Part shown: positions 35,199 through 47,887 of the stretch, piece by piece
Numbering within the stretch: the first letter of the stretch is position 1
How the letters are laid out: each line of letters begins with the position of its first letter
NCBI GenBank assembly: GCA_020891255.1
Contig: BQFW01000014.1
Span: 1,302,001-1,366,000 of the forward strand
DNA: 64,000 nt
Direction: 5' to 3'
DNA from: Entomortierella parvispora E1425
Lineage: Eukaryota; Fungi; Mortierellomycota
Program-made: the position numbers and the translations under genes
Notes under the pieces: model-generated
Told to the model about the DNA's origin: nothing
Seen by the model: the letters and a program-made list of their open reading frames with translations, nothing else
Database searches by the model: none

Positions 35199-36722
35199 TC
35201 ATTGTCTATCTTTGCCGGTAGCCTTTCGTGGCAGCGTGCGTCGAACATCACCAAGCCTGGGTGGATTTGTTAGCCCATGCTCTCTGCGATATCTCGTATA
35301 TTCGTTCATTCTCGCTCTCACAACGGTCCAGCAAATTAAAGCGAACAAGGTGCAACAAAGGTGGAATCGCAATGAGCCTCATTCGGCGAGCGCTCTCAAC
35401 CCCCTCGATCTGTCACAGCTAATGGTGTTTGCTCACGATTGTGAATTAAATGAAAGTCCAGAAATAAAACAAAGGGCTGGCAATAGCTCGGTCGTGGAGG
35501 TCGACAAAAGAAGACCCACAGCTCAAAGTGCTCTGTGAGAGGGGGGGGGGGGACCCACCTCCTCAGAGGCCAGCTCTGGGTCTCCGTTGCACCCTTGTTC
35601 ACTGTGGCACGAACTATTGCTCCCGAGGAAAAGCATTGGCTCCAGAGAGCAGGCCCAGGTTGCACAGCAGCGAGTCCCTCTTTCTCCCCTTTTCTATCCT
35701 CCTGAAGGAGCAAAGAAGCAAAAGGCAGATCCGAAAAGGACTGGGAAGGGAAAAGAAAGAGGGGGGCAGAGGTGGGGAGGGGCATGCGCGTTCGCATCAG
35801 GGACAACGAGGGACGGTGGATAACCACACACACAACCAGCCCTCCCTGCCCTTGCCTCGCCTCCCCAGACCATTTGCACTCGAGGCCCTTCTTTCTCGGT
35901 GTTCATAGAGAGCAACCTGGAAGGGGCGGTGAGGACATCCAAATAAGCGTAATTCAGCTCTGCTCTGTCGACCCACAAACCTGCCCTCTCTTTCCTTGCG
36001 CTGCACGGCGACTGGGGAGAAAGCCTTGAGCTCAGACTTGATCTTCTCTGGAATAAGTGCTGCAAGGAGCCGATCGGCGACGACTTTCTCTAGCAGTCAA
36101 CCCCTTGCTCAACATACACACCCGCATACTATACACATACTCATACACATACATATACACACAGACCCTTGTGCGCTTACCAACAGTGGAACAGCCGGTG
36201 TACCTCGCTGTGTACCAACGCGGGGCGTGAACAGGAAACACGGGGGTGTTTGTTTGACAGACAAAACAAACCCGGAGCCCAATTGGCAATGCTGTGACCT
36301 AGCGGGAGCTCTCTCGACTGTTGCTGTGGTTTGTCATCCACCTTCCTAACCTACTCGTCCACCTGAACACCACCGCACCGGTACGGTAGTGCAGAAGGCT
36401 TATCTCCCGGATTCTCCTGGGGCACCCCTCGCCTCCTGGTCCGGCTGAGGTGACGCATCCTTCTTGGAAAGAAACAAACAACCACAGTATCGCGTGATCC
36501 TGCCTTCGAGAAGCGACCTTTCCTTCCAGTCGGCTCTGGACTGGGACTTTGGATGGACGGCTGTGTAGGACTAGAGGATCGATGGCTGTCTCTGCTCAGT
36601 GTCGGTATGTATGACGATCCTGTCATCCTTGAGCAGGACCCTTCATAATATCCGTAGGAATCGCGATCGGGCCGACTGGCGTCTGACGGGTTTGTTGCCA
36701 CCATGTTGCTGTTATAATTCAC
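35199..36722 (-). CDS. Possible multi-exon hypothetical gene (weak)
   Basis: Several protein-like segments with plausible splice sites (36722-about 36372; about 36054-35874; about 35700-35561; about 35420-35199), but I could not build one unambiguous frame. Confidence 0.25.
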
Positions 36723-36919
36723 GGCAGAAACGGGATGGGATAGACAAGAACTTCACTCGAAAAACTCAGGTCCAATGTAAAAGTGAATGCAATGAATGCA
36801 TTGCTGCCCATTCATCTCATTCCTTGCATCCACTCCATCCTTTCGACGACGGCGACAGTACGCGTTCTTTTTGCAACAACTCAGACGCGCGTCCTTGCCA
36901 ACCACCACAACCTATCACA

Positions 36920-38742
36920 ATGTTGGGACGCGCCTGCATGGGCTCCTTGGCCATTCTAGCCTGTATTTTGAGATCCCAGGCATCCCCTATTCCCTGTAAG
37001 TGGATGAATGGAGAGATTTCTACTCACTCAGTTCTGGGCACCACAACTAACTGGGCACAGTCTCCGACCCATGCCCTACTAATCACATCTCTAGCTGTCG
37101 CTATATCATCATGATGCATCCACCACGGGGAGATATCAACACGAGGGCGGCTGGCGCTTCCATGGACTCCAGCTCGGCGAAGATAGCCTCTGCAACCTCA
37201 GTCAAGGTACAGGACCCCGCTTGGTTTAAACTTGTAAGCTCCCAAAACCAGAGACATGACGCTCAACCCCCCGAGATTAGGACATCGACTGTGGGAGGAT
37301 TGACCTGGTATTCTGCTACCATGGATCCGCAAACTGCGTCTCTTATTCAACAGCAACAACATGAGCACGATATCAAGTACATGATACCAGATCTTCCCGT
37401 CGAAACATATGGTCGTATCCAGAAGCATCCTCCAAGTTGGGGTCTAGACAGGATTGACCAAAGGAGAGACAAACTGGACGGAGAATTCCACTATCCGGCG
37501 ACCTCTGGCGAAAATGTGACCATCTACATCATCGACACGTAAGTTCGTTCAGTACCAACTCTTGTTTCCCTTGAAACGCGTTACTGGACGGAGGTGCTGA
37601 CTACTCTCTTTAGTGGCGTCAACATAGACCATCAGGATTTTGAAGGGCGAGCAAGTCATGGACCTGTCTTTGTGCCGTCCACGACTGATAACATTGACAA
37701 GAATGGCCATGGCACTTTTGTTGCAGCCGTAGCTGCTGGAGCAACCTACGGTGTGGCGAAGAAGGCAAACATCGTCTCCTTGAAGGCACTGGACGACTCT
37801 GGTGCGGGCAGGCTATCAAATGTACTCGCCGCGATAGAGTGGGTGGTCAAAGAGCACATCTCTCAGGGCAAGAACTCTCGAAGTATCATCAAGTAGGTGC
37901 TTGAGTGATTTTCAAGTGTGATAACTCGACAATGAAAGTTGGTGTTGTCTCTATATTGTACGTGCATCTTCTAATCGACAACCTTACAAAACAATCTATT
38001 CAGTCTTTCACTAGGAGCCGAGCACAACGAACCAACCAACGCGGCCATCCAAGAGGCTATGAAGCTTGGAGTCCACTTTTCAATTGCGGCAGGAAACGAT
38101 GGCCAAGACGCTTGCAAGTTTTCACCCGCGTCAACACCCGGGGCGCTGGTAGTAGGCGCCACGGACCAGGATGATACTATTGCGAGCTACTCCAACTATG
38201 GGCCCTGTGTATCTATCTATGCCCCAGGGTCCAATATCATGTCGGCATGGACAGGATCGAGCTCAGCTACCCATACACAAAGTGGGACCTCTATGGCCAG
38301 TCCTCATGTCGCAGGGCTCATTGCACTCATGCTCTCCGAGTCTTTTGACCAATCCATTCCTGTGAGGACCATTGCAGATAGGATTCTAGAAACTGTGACA
38401 AAGTTCAGTCTAAATGGCCAGCTTGTCACTGATACGACTGGCAATTCAGAGATCCTCTCTGTATCAGCATCTTCTTCCTCTTCGTCTTCATCGCTATTGT
38501 CGACAACACCATCGATAGGTCCAAACTCCATCCTTGCTCAGCAGTTGCAAAGTTTTCATGGGAAGGCTCTTGCGCGTAACCTGGTATATACTGGATCCAT
38601 TCCAGACCGTGGCAATGACACTGAAGTCGAAGAAAGTCCTCGGGGGGCTATTCTGATATCGACGTCATCCAATACAAGGCGAAATGTGACACCAGGCTAC
38701 TCTCTCGTGATCATTGTTTGTCTTTTCTTGGTCTTACTATAA
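36920..38742 (+). CDS. Secreted subtilisin (S8A, proteinase K family) with a hydrophobic C-terminal GPI/TM signal, 4 exons
   Basis: Signal peptide MLGRACMGSLAILACIL, propeptide RYIIMM, SWGLDRIDQR, catalytic IIDTG / HGTFVA / GTSMASPHVAG, tail YSLVIIVCLFLVLL*. First intron 36996-37060. Confidence 0.92.
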
Positions 38743-41700
38743 CAATCCCAACCTTACCCTGCATGTTCTTACAATAAACACAGCCTGTTGTTTTTCATTG
38801 CCCTCTACTGATCATCCTCACTACGATCTAGAATCTGGGAAGAGGCGGCTCTAGGCTCTGATTTGTGTTTCCGCCTCTTTTCATTCATATTTTCGCCTAT
38901 TTCTCATCATCGCTGAGAGGGGCAAGTAGGGGAATTACCACCTCGATAAGCCCCGAGCACCCTGTATCCTTTCCACTTCCTTCACGCGTCGCAAACAAAT
39001 CCCCCCCCCCCCCTTGTCAGAATGTTGCTGACAAAGACTTGTACCGAGTATTCCTCCGACTCGACTCTCAATTGCAAAAAAAAAAAAAATAAAAATAAAA
39101 ATAAAAATGAGAGGTCCAAAAGAGAGAGGGAATCTCCCTCGAGGTCCGTTTCCCTTCCTTTCGAATTCGACACAGGTTGCTATCAGGCAAATAAAGATGG
39201 CAAAAACCGAGGATGTTTCGTGAACACCAGCCAGCGTGCATGTACCTCTGATACCTCTCTGATGCGTGCAGTTATGGTACAGGGGCAGGGACTGCAGTGA
39301 CAAGGTGGACACAAGGCGCCATGCAAGAACGAACGCAGCTTGAGAGCTTGGCCATAATCCACCGATCTCTGGAGACGCGTCCCATTACCTGATATTCGGA
39401 AACGAAAATGAGCATTGGTGAGAGCCCATACCTCGTTTCTTTCTTACTCAAGAGCACGTTTTCGCTGACAAAGGTTGGTAGAGTAGAGGTATATACAACA
39501 GTGATGGCTACGGCGGAGGGGAAGAGAGAGAGGGGAAGAGCTCGCACCTCGCATGTTTTTTTTTTTTTTTTGCACATGCATGCTCATTCCGTTTCGCGTA
39601 AAACAGATAGAAAACAGAGGGGAAGGCGCGTTCTAAACTGTGGAGACATGAACTTTACTTTTTGGAAGAACTTCAAATGGAAATCAACAATCGCGCTTTG
39701 TTCCCTCTTGAAAAATTACAACGCAAAGACAGGATTGTAGTGCAGCCCATAAAACCCATAGAATACGCAGCCCATGGAACCTAGTCTGCCGTAAACAATG
39801 GAAGGGGAGGGGCAGTGGGGTGGTTAAAGAGGTACCAACAGGATGCGGTAAACAATCGGTCCAGTCAGAATCGAAGCGAAGAATATAAAAGAAGCGGAAG
39901 CGAGGGCTGAGTCTTTCGACTCGTCGGACAGAAAGCTGGAGAAGAGGTGCAGGCTGCAGAGAACAAGACCGAAGAATGGGTACGGGCACACAACAAGTCT
40001 AACGGTCCAAGTCGGTGGAATATGAACACATTCGGGGGAAAAAATAATCCTTGGTTTGGGGAACAAAGGAATGCCCCTAGGAGCGAAGGGGAGGCGCATT
40101 CGGAGACCGCGGACGGCGTCGTTCATATTTAGGAAGCTGAATTGAATCAGTGGAAGTGGAACAGGCCATTCTAGAGTTGTCTTCTGGATATTTCTTGAAG
40201 CGCAGTCTCCCCCCCGTCATTGCCTTCAAGGAGAGTGAGAACCTCAATGGTTCAAAACAATGGCGGATAAGAAAGAATGGGAGTGATGTCAAATGACAGT
40301 TATAACCAGGACATCAACAACCCTGGAAGAGGCGCATGGGCGGTACCCTGCATACTTGCTGACAAGCTGTATTTTCTTTCCCTTGCCATCCGTTGTTTTG
40401 TGGTTGTGTTCGATATTCAGCCTCTAGGGTTGTTATCATCGCTGCATCGCTTATTCGTTCCTTTTAATCAATTACTGTAATACAAGCCCAAGCTCCTTTG
40501 GTTTGGGCTGATGGGCTAATGACTACAAAGGTCGGTTGTAGAAAAGCAAAGCCTGGTTATGACTGAACCTGGACCAGTTTGGAAACGATGCAGGCCCACT
40601 GCTGATCTTCAACAGCTCAACAGCGAGTGTGCCTACGCTGCGAATGATTGTATCTAAACGAGCTTCCTCCGAAAAACTAAGGGACAGAGTGCTTGTCCGA
40701 TCAGTGGAGAGAGAAAGAGAAAAGCGGGAGAGGGGGAACTCGTGGTGGTACAGCATATTGTTTGCACTACTTGACAGTAGTTTTGCTGACCTTTCCGGCT
40801 ATTTTACAGTTCAGGATATGTGAGCATCAAAAATTCTTGGATGTGACGAACATGGCGCGCCCTGTGCTCACATCCTCCCTTTTTTCCTGCTCTTTGTTCC
40901 CCTTACTGTCTCCCTCCACACACACACACACACACTTCCTCTCTCCACAACTCAAAATCCCGACGCCGCAATGTTGGCGCTCCAAGCCCTGGGTCACTCC
41001 CGCCCATTTGAACCGGAATAAATACGTCCGTAGCACACGGTCTTCGGATATTAATCTCAAGGAGCATGGATACGTCCCCGAGATCCCAGCCTGTTAAGAG
41101 GGATAACAATTGCTCCGCTTATATTTCAGTTGCCCAGTGTGTCTACCTTGTCACTGTCTTTGGTGTACAAAGAGAAAAAAGGTTCGTCTGGGGCATGGAG
41201 CTTCCCATCTTTTTTTTTTTTTTTTTTTTTTTTTTTGTGAGGTAGTGTTTTATTGTTTGTGCGCACTCCCAATTTGAGCCCAAGGTCAGAACAACGAAGA
41301 CAGGGAAGGACAAACAGTAATTGTTTTTCTCGTTGTGTTCTCTTCTCTTGTCTTAGCAAACCATTTCTTGTTTACACAAAAGGACGAAGAGAGACCAGTC
41401 ATTCCTCCTCTTTTCCATTTGTGTAAGTCCCCCCTCTGGGAACAGCTTCCGCCTTTGTAGAGTTGATCGGGCGGGCCCTTGTAGACTAATAAAGAGGAGT
41501 GTGCTCCTAAAGCCTTTCCAAACTTTGTTCTTCCGCCTTCCATGTCCAGCCCATCCTCCGACGCCAAGCGGTTATCGGCCTCTTTTTTTTTTTTTTGTCA
41601 AATGTCATGCCATACCCAGTAGACCACCTTCAAAACACCAACCATGCAAACACGCGCGTGTTCAACGGTCGGCATACATGCGAGAATCCCCAGCACTCAA

Positions 41701-41880
41701 TCTCTCTTTATTCAAAAAAAAAAAAGTCGTTGAAATGGGTTCTAGGCCGCTTTTCCTGATTTTTTGTTCTTGTTGGTTTTTGTATAAAAGGACACCGGGA
41801 TTATCCTCCATTTGGTTTGTTCCTCATCCCAACTCTCCTTTCATTTTCACCACTCACCTCCAAACCCTCACATCTCCAAC

Positions 41881-42443
41881 ATGAAGTTCTTCGCTGCCAT
41901 CGCTGCCTTGGCCGTCGCTGCCGTTGCCAATGCCCAGTACACCTTCACTAACTGTGCCACTGGTGCCACCGACATGACCGTCACCGGCTTCACCTTGAAC
42001 CCCTACCCTCTTTGCGCCGGCCAGAACGTGTGCGCCACCATCACCGGCACCCTTTCGAACCCCGTCACCTCCGGTGGTTCATTGAGCGTCATTGGTCGCT
42101 ACCTTAACAAGATTGTCTACACTGACAGCTTTGACCTGTGCACCGTCCTCTCCGACTCTGGTGTTCCCTGCCCCATTGCCACCACCGTCACCTCGGTCAC
42201 TGCTTGCATCTTGGTGAAGGACACCGCTCCCGTCGGCGTAAGTTTTTCTTCCTCCCTCTGACAGCCATGCATGAGTAGGTGCGTGCAATACTTCAATCGT
42301 ACTGATCGTGATGGTCCCTCTTTTATATATTTTTGAAAATCAAATAGATCCCCGTCGTCCTCAACATCCTTGCCAACAACGGCAACGGCCACGTCCTCTT
42401 CAACCAGTGCGCCACCGTCACCGCCGCCAACTGCCCCGCTTAA
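41881..42443 (+). CDS. Secreted ML-domain (NPC2/MD-2-related lipid-recognition) protein, 2 exons
   Basis: Signal peptide, FTNC, LNPYPLCAGQNV, DSFDLC...VPCPI, second exon IPVVLNILANNGNGHVLFNQC; strong C-ending codon bias. Confidence 0.85.
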
Positions 42444-42720
42444 AAGAGTGATTCAGAAAAAGGGGCATCTTGTTGGCCCCCCATTTCCTCCTCTCTTTTT
42501 TCTCTTTCGCGGACATTTATGGAGGAAGGGTTTCTCCCCTCCCCCTTCTCTTTCATAAACGTTTCCTTTGTGTTTTTTCTCGGAATCAAAGGAACGCGTC
42601 AGATTTGTATTTAAAAAAGTAAATAAAAAACAACAGTTGGTCAACAGACCAAAAAAAAAAAAAAAACTGCATGCTTGCCCTTCAGTCTCTCTCTCGCACA
42701 CATGAAAAATCAATTGGGGT

Positions 42721-42754
42721 CATTGTCCTGGAATTTGCCATTGTCCTGGAATTT
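42721..42754 (+). repeat. 18-bp-period tandem duplication
   Basis: cattgtcctggaattt at 42721-42736 and 42739-42754. Confidence 0.8.
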
Positions 42755-43703
42755 TGGATGTTACCTCAATCTCCTGTTTGTTTATGATCTCCGGTGACTG
42801 ACCGTCTCGTCATTTCGGCGACATTTAGTCTGCTGTCCTCGCGTGGTGGTTTGTCACCAACTTTTGCCGTGTGAGTGAGACTCACCACTCTCTAGAGAGG
42901 CCGACGGACAGGGCTGCATAGAATTAGTCGTCAATGCATGCAAGGTCTCGCGTTCATTTTTGGTAAAGTTTGGGCGGCATCTAGGCATTTAGCTACCAAA
43001 ACAAGGGCGGCGCGTCAACACAGCAAAGGCGCGCTTTTCCCGCTCTTTGCCCCCTCCCTTCCTCTCTTTTCCTCTGTTTTTTGCTGTGCTTAGAAAAAGA
43101 ACAGGAACTCGGTACCACCCCAAGGAGGCTACTTTCGATAACAAAAGAAATGAGGAAAACAGCCCATTGACGTATCCAATTGTGCCCAGTTTGGAAAAAA
43201 AAGCCTGTGTTCATGTTTTTTTTTTGCTTCCGTTCACTTTACGAAGCATTGCCAAGTTGTGCGAGTTGATGGATATCAAAAAGGTGCTGTGGCGGAAAAA
43301 CATCTAGTGCATGATAACTCGTCAAAGAAAACACACACAAGAAGACAACAACACAAACAAATGGGTCCATTGCGCGCACAATGTCCTGCTGTGTCAACTT
43401 TCCCGAATGAATCCTATCTAGAGACAAGAAGCGCACGCAACCGAGTACGCTGCTCTTGGACCTCTCCTCTTGCCCCACCATTGTCCACCCGTTGTGCGGG
43501 GAAAGAGACACAAACTTTTTTGTTTTTTGTTTTTTGTTTTTGTTTTGTTTTGACTTTGGACGTTGCACATTTGTTCTGACTGTTTTGGGGTCCTCAGCAA
43601 AGGTTCAGGTACGGGAAGGTCAAACTTCGTTTATTTACGAGTCAAGACAAGAGAGCAGGGTGGCCTTTTGCCTCTTGCTCCAGTATCCGGTTTGGCTCTT
43701 CTA

Positions 43704-46700
43704 TCAAGGTAATACCGATTGACTTCCCGTAGGCACTCCTTCGAAAGCGTGCTCATCATTCATGACCTAATTTGATAAAGAAATAAGAATTAGATTCGCT
43801 GTCTGGTTGATATTTCTGATACACTCACAGTCTCCAAAGATGACGAAAAAACATACAACTCTGTAATCGTGCAAGATCTTCGCCTTTTCTTCATCCCAGT
43901 ACACAAAAGTGTTTCGGTAGAGCAGCGACCAGACGTAAGGGCAAAAGAACTCGTTCGATTGTTGTTCTTCCTCATATTCAAACTTGATGTCAGGAAAAGT
44001 CTTCATCAGATTGGGTGGCCATGTCCTGGAAGCATTCTGGATTACAAGAGCGACCTCCTCCGGTGTTGGTGGGTTGATGTTGGCTTCACTGACTTTTTGC
44101 TGAAAGTAATTGACGGCCTGCTCAATGTTATGGATTAGATCCTTGAACTTGAGATCGTTCCGGAAGACAGCAAACATCTCTTGCTTATGTAGTAGAGAAT
44201 AGACCAGCTGGGGGTTCGCCTTGAGCTTGTGCGTCAATGTCGAATTAATGATTTCGAGAACCAGGATCACCATGTCCCCGTAAATGATTACATCAGCATT
44301 CTAGAAAAAAAAGAAGAAAAAAAAGGGATGGCAGGGTTTTAGGATGTTGGATTTTTCACTTTGAAGCCGACTATCCTTCTACCTCACTTACGTTTTCCAC
44401 GTCTTCATCTTGCTGGGTTTTCTTTGTCACCAATTTTTGGTATCTCCTGGCCACGATATCAAAGAGCGTTACAAGTCTCTGTGACACGTAAGGATGCATG
44501 TCCTGCAGCGAATTGGACATATTGGCCAGAATAGCGAGCGAGTTTGTATGAAAGTAGACATCCTAGGAATTCGATCAAAGAGTATACTGGGGATGTCAGT
44601 GACAAATTCAGCTGAATAATGACTGCATTGCTTTGTTGGGCTTACTTTGTGCTGAGCCAGGTTATATTGGATTGTCCTGATGATAATTGCGGTGGCAAGA
44701 CCCCCTAATGAGATGGACTTCAGCAATCTCTCCGTGAACCAGGGCTGATATGTCATGGTCTGAAAGATAAAAATCAATCGGGCAGGTTAGCGAACTACAG
44801 TCAAGTAGGTCGAATCCTTTTTTCACTTTCGTTGACTTACAATTTTTTGGATGCTCTCGTTGAAAACATCATCTTGGCTGAAGAGGAGAAGAATGACCAA
44901 AAGGACGTAGACTTGAGAGTAATTTGTCTTTCCTTCGACACCTTCATACACCATCCTAAGGATAGGAAGATACTACATCGTCCAAAAAGACAACAATGTT
45001 GTCAGTAGTTATTCTCTTGACGCAAACAGTGCGTATAATGGAGGCAACATCCAAATTACCAATGTCTCGGGATCCGTTCGTGATAGAACATATGTTCTAA
45101 AGTAGGTGTTCTCGACAAGGAGAACATGCAGCAATAAGCACACCTCCTCACAATGGATTTGTCTAAAAGTGAAAAAGTCGCCCGTTAAACTCTGCCACGC
45201 AACCATCCTACAAAATCTCGACGATAGTTTTGTTGTCCCTTACTGGCAAATAACATGGAATATTTTCCGAAACGAAGTAAAGATGGTCTCCTCCTTTTGG
45301 TCGTCCGCCATGGATCCTAAACATAAACTTTGGTGAGCACCTCTACCTGGCATTTTCAAAACGTAGCTGGCCTGGCCTCCATCCTACCTCGCTCGTCCCG
45401 AACGGTGCGAATGGATTTTTTGAAGGCATCCCATGAAGGATTCAATTTTGCTTGTGAAAGAAGAAGCAAAAGTACAAGAACACTCCGATCAGCAATTGGA
45501 TGGGCCTCGGAAGAAATTGAAGACCCTGCCTTGGCGAACAAATAGCTGTAGGCGCTGTAGACAAGACTTCCTGTGAGAGGCGGGCTGGGTCGTTGATCAG
45601 TAAAGTTCCAGAGAAGTCGAAGTGTCAATTGGTCGGCAACATGGCTGGATATACAAGGATATATAACATAATGAAGCACAAGGGAGAGTTAGTCGTTGAC
45701 TGTCGTGGCACTGTTTTCCTTGGAAAATTTGGATACAACTTTACCTAAATTTTTCGAGAACGAGATTCAAGAAGTAATTCTTGTCGCTAGGCTCTGACGA
45801 AGGGAGTTGCAGCTGCGTTGAGGACATAACAATCACCAAGTTCAGAGTCTCCTCATAAAACTCATACGCAGAAGGCGACGATCTGTCAGAGGCAACGAAA
45901 AGCGATTAGCACTTGTGGAAATGAAATTTCATTAGTGGAAAAGAGCCTTATTCCATACCCGGCGTCCAGGTTTAGTATGATTCCTATGATTCCCTGTATC
46001 AACTGTTCTCCATATGACCGTGGATCCTCCACTATTGACTGGTCCACTCCTAGTCTACACCCTTTGAAGGATACCACGCCTCGGGCTTCCAGTTGTGCTT
46101 CTGCTGAAAGATCAGAACCTAAAGCAAGAATGACGTTCATGTAAGCGATCGTGTTGCCTGAAGGTCTATAGGAGCCTGGAAGAACTACTATCACGTACCT
46201 TCGAATGAGGCGACCAAATCAGTGGAGGACAAATGTGAAATGAAATGGTTGAGAAATATCCGGGTCAAAAACATGGCGTTGTAGGCGTGGCTGGGTATAT
46301 CGCTATAAAGAAGAGTAGTGATAGACATGCTTAGCACGTCTGCCCTACATGTCCATGATCCTAGTGAGGCCGACCTAACATAGATACCCACCCTTTGTAG
46401 TCTTGTTCCTTGATGAGTTTAATCTGCGAGAGCAGTTGCAAGATCAGAGAGTTGAAGTTTTGGGTCTGTGCATTGTTCGCCCCTGTGAATGAGAAATAAC
46501 GCGCAAGAGTCAGCTCCCAGTCAGATTCATATATCCTCAAAACGCGGCCTTTAGAAACTTGTCGGGACCCTTACCAAACTCAATGGCCATGCATGTCGTT
46601 GCCATTTCAATATCGTACGCGTCCTGGCTATGAAAGTGCACGCCCAACGTACATGTGTGTCATCAACAGTAGAGTCAGTATTCGTAGCCTGAGATCATGA

Positions 46701-47636
46701 CACGCGTTTTTAGGGTTCTTTCATGGCGGTCAGTTACCTGGTGTTAATATTGGGGAACTTTTGTGCACCGAGGATGGAGAACCAGCCGATGGTGTCAATT
46801 CTGCTAAGAACCCGGGATGAACAAAGGGTTTTGATGGCCGTCTGTTGTGCTTGACCAAGGATGTGAATGCTGTCAAAGTCCTTGACGGCTATAGGATGTC
46901 TATGCTCTAGTGCTGGTGGTTTGGCTTGCCCAGTGGCGGCAATGTTCGAGATCGATGCAGAGGCGGGTAAGATTCCCGAGAAAGATGAGATTGAGAAAGA
47001 AGGCGAGTGTTGGCCGGAATGGTACGCGCTGTTGCCGTGCTCCGAGTCGTGGGAGACAAAGTCTGGTGCAAAGGTGTGGAAGCCTGTTGAGACGCTTCTG
47101 CCAGCGTTCGTTAGAGTGTTTGCGATCTGACCAGCAGAGGGTACTTCTGGTGTGGGTGTCAAGATGGAGATCTGCCCGCCAAAATGGGAACGACGCCTCT
47201 GGCCTGCGTTGGAGGCAGAAGCGGCTCCTGAGCTGGGATTCGGGTAGATATGGCCGAGAGAGACCGAGTTACGAACTGGTCTGGCAGAGGCGGGGGTTGT
47301 CGCGTGTCCAATAGAGTATCGATGACTCGTGTCGAGGACTGGGCGGCCGGTGTATGTGTTGGTGTCGACGTGGGCAATGTCCGTGGCGACAGGCACAGGC
47401 GCGGCAATGTCCTGTCCCAAGTCAGCGTTGAGTGACGCGGTTGAATTGCCTGGGGTGGAAGAGAGCTCGATGCGATGAAGAGGAAGGGTGGAGGAAAGGT
47501 CCTGGGATTGGTGATGAACCTGAGCAACAGATGCAAGGGCAGGAAGGGATTGCGAGGAAGGAGGCGAGGCAGCAGGAGGAGAAGGAGAAGAAGGAGAAGA
47601 AGGAGAGGCCCGTTCTGGGAGCAGATTCGTCGTCAT
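43704..47636 (-). CDS. DYM: Dymeclin (Dyggve-Melchior-Clausen/HID1 superfamily Golgi protein), many exons
   Basis: ADRSVLVLLLLL, LLLHVLLVENTYFRTYVLSRTD, VLEIINSTLTHKLKANPQLVYSLLH, IKFEYEEEQQSNEFFCPYVWSL; long S/P-rich N-terminal exon. Confidence 0.9.
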
Positions 47637-47887
47637 GTCAATGCATCCACTGTTGGCATGCGGACAAGGGCGGACAAGCGAGCAGACGGGGGAAAGAGAG
47701 AAAACGAAAAGCGCGAAGGGGGATGGAGACGGAGAGAGAAAACAAAAAAAGATGGAAGGTCCATCATCTCCATCTCCATCCTTTTCCTCCAGAACGAATG
47801 CATGAATGGGCGCAAGCCCAGAGTCGTGACTGCGGTCCCATTCGACGCGCCACGTTTTTTTCTCCTTTCTAACTTATTCCTTTATTA

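Noticed and set aside
35379-35381. In-frame TGA as selenocysteine or programmed readthrough
   Set aside because: No selenoprotein-like motif (UxxC/CxxU) or visible SECIS, and the gene model itself is uncertain.
40284-40361. C/D-box snoRNA candidate (GTGATG...CTGA)
   Set aside because: Box C is imperfect, there is no terminal stem and no recognisable rRNA-complementary guide.
43036-43043. E2F-like site TTTCCCGC with nearby GGCGCG motifs
   Set aside because: It lies between two convergent 3-prime ends with no supported downstream gene; a single 8-mer is expected by chance.
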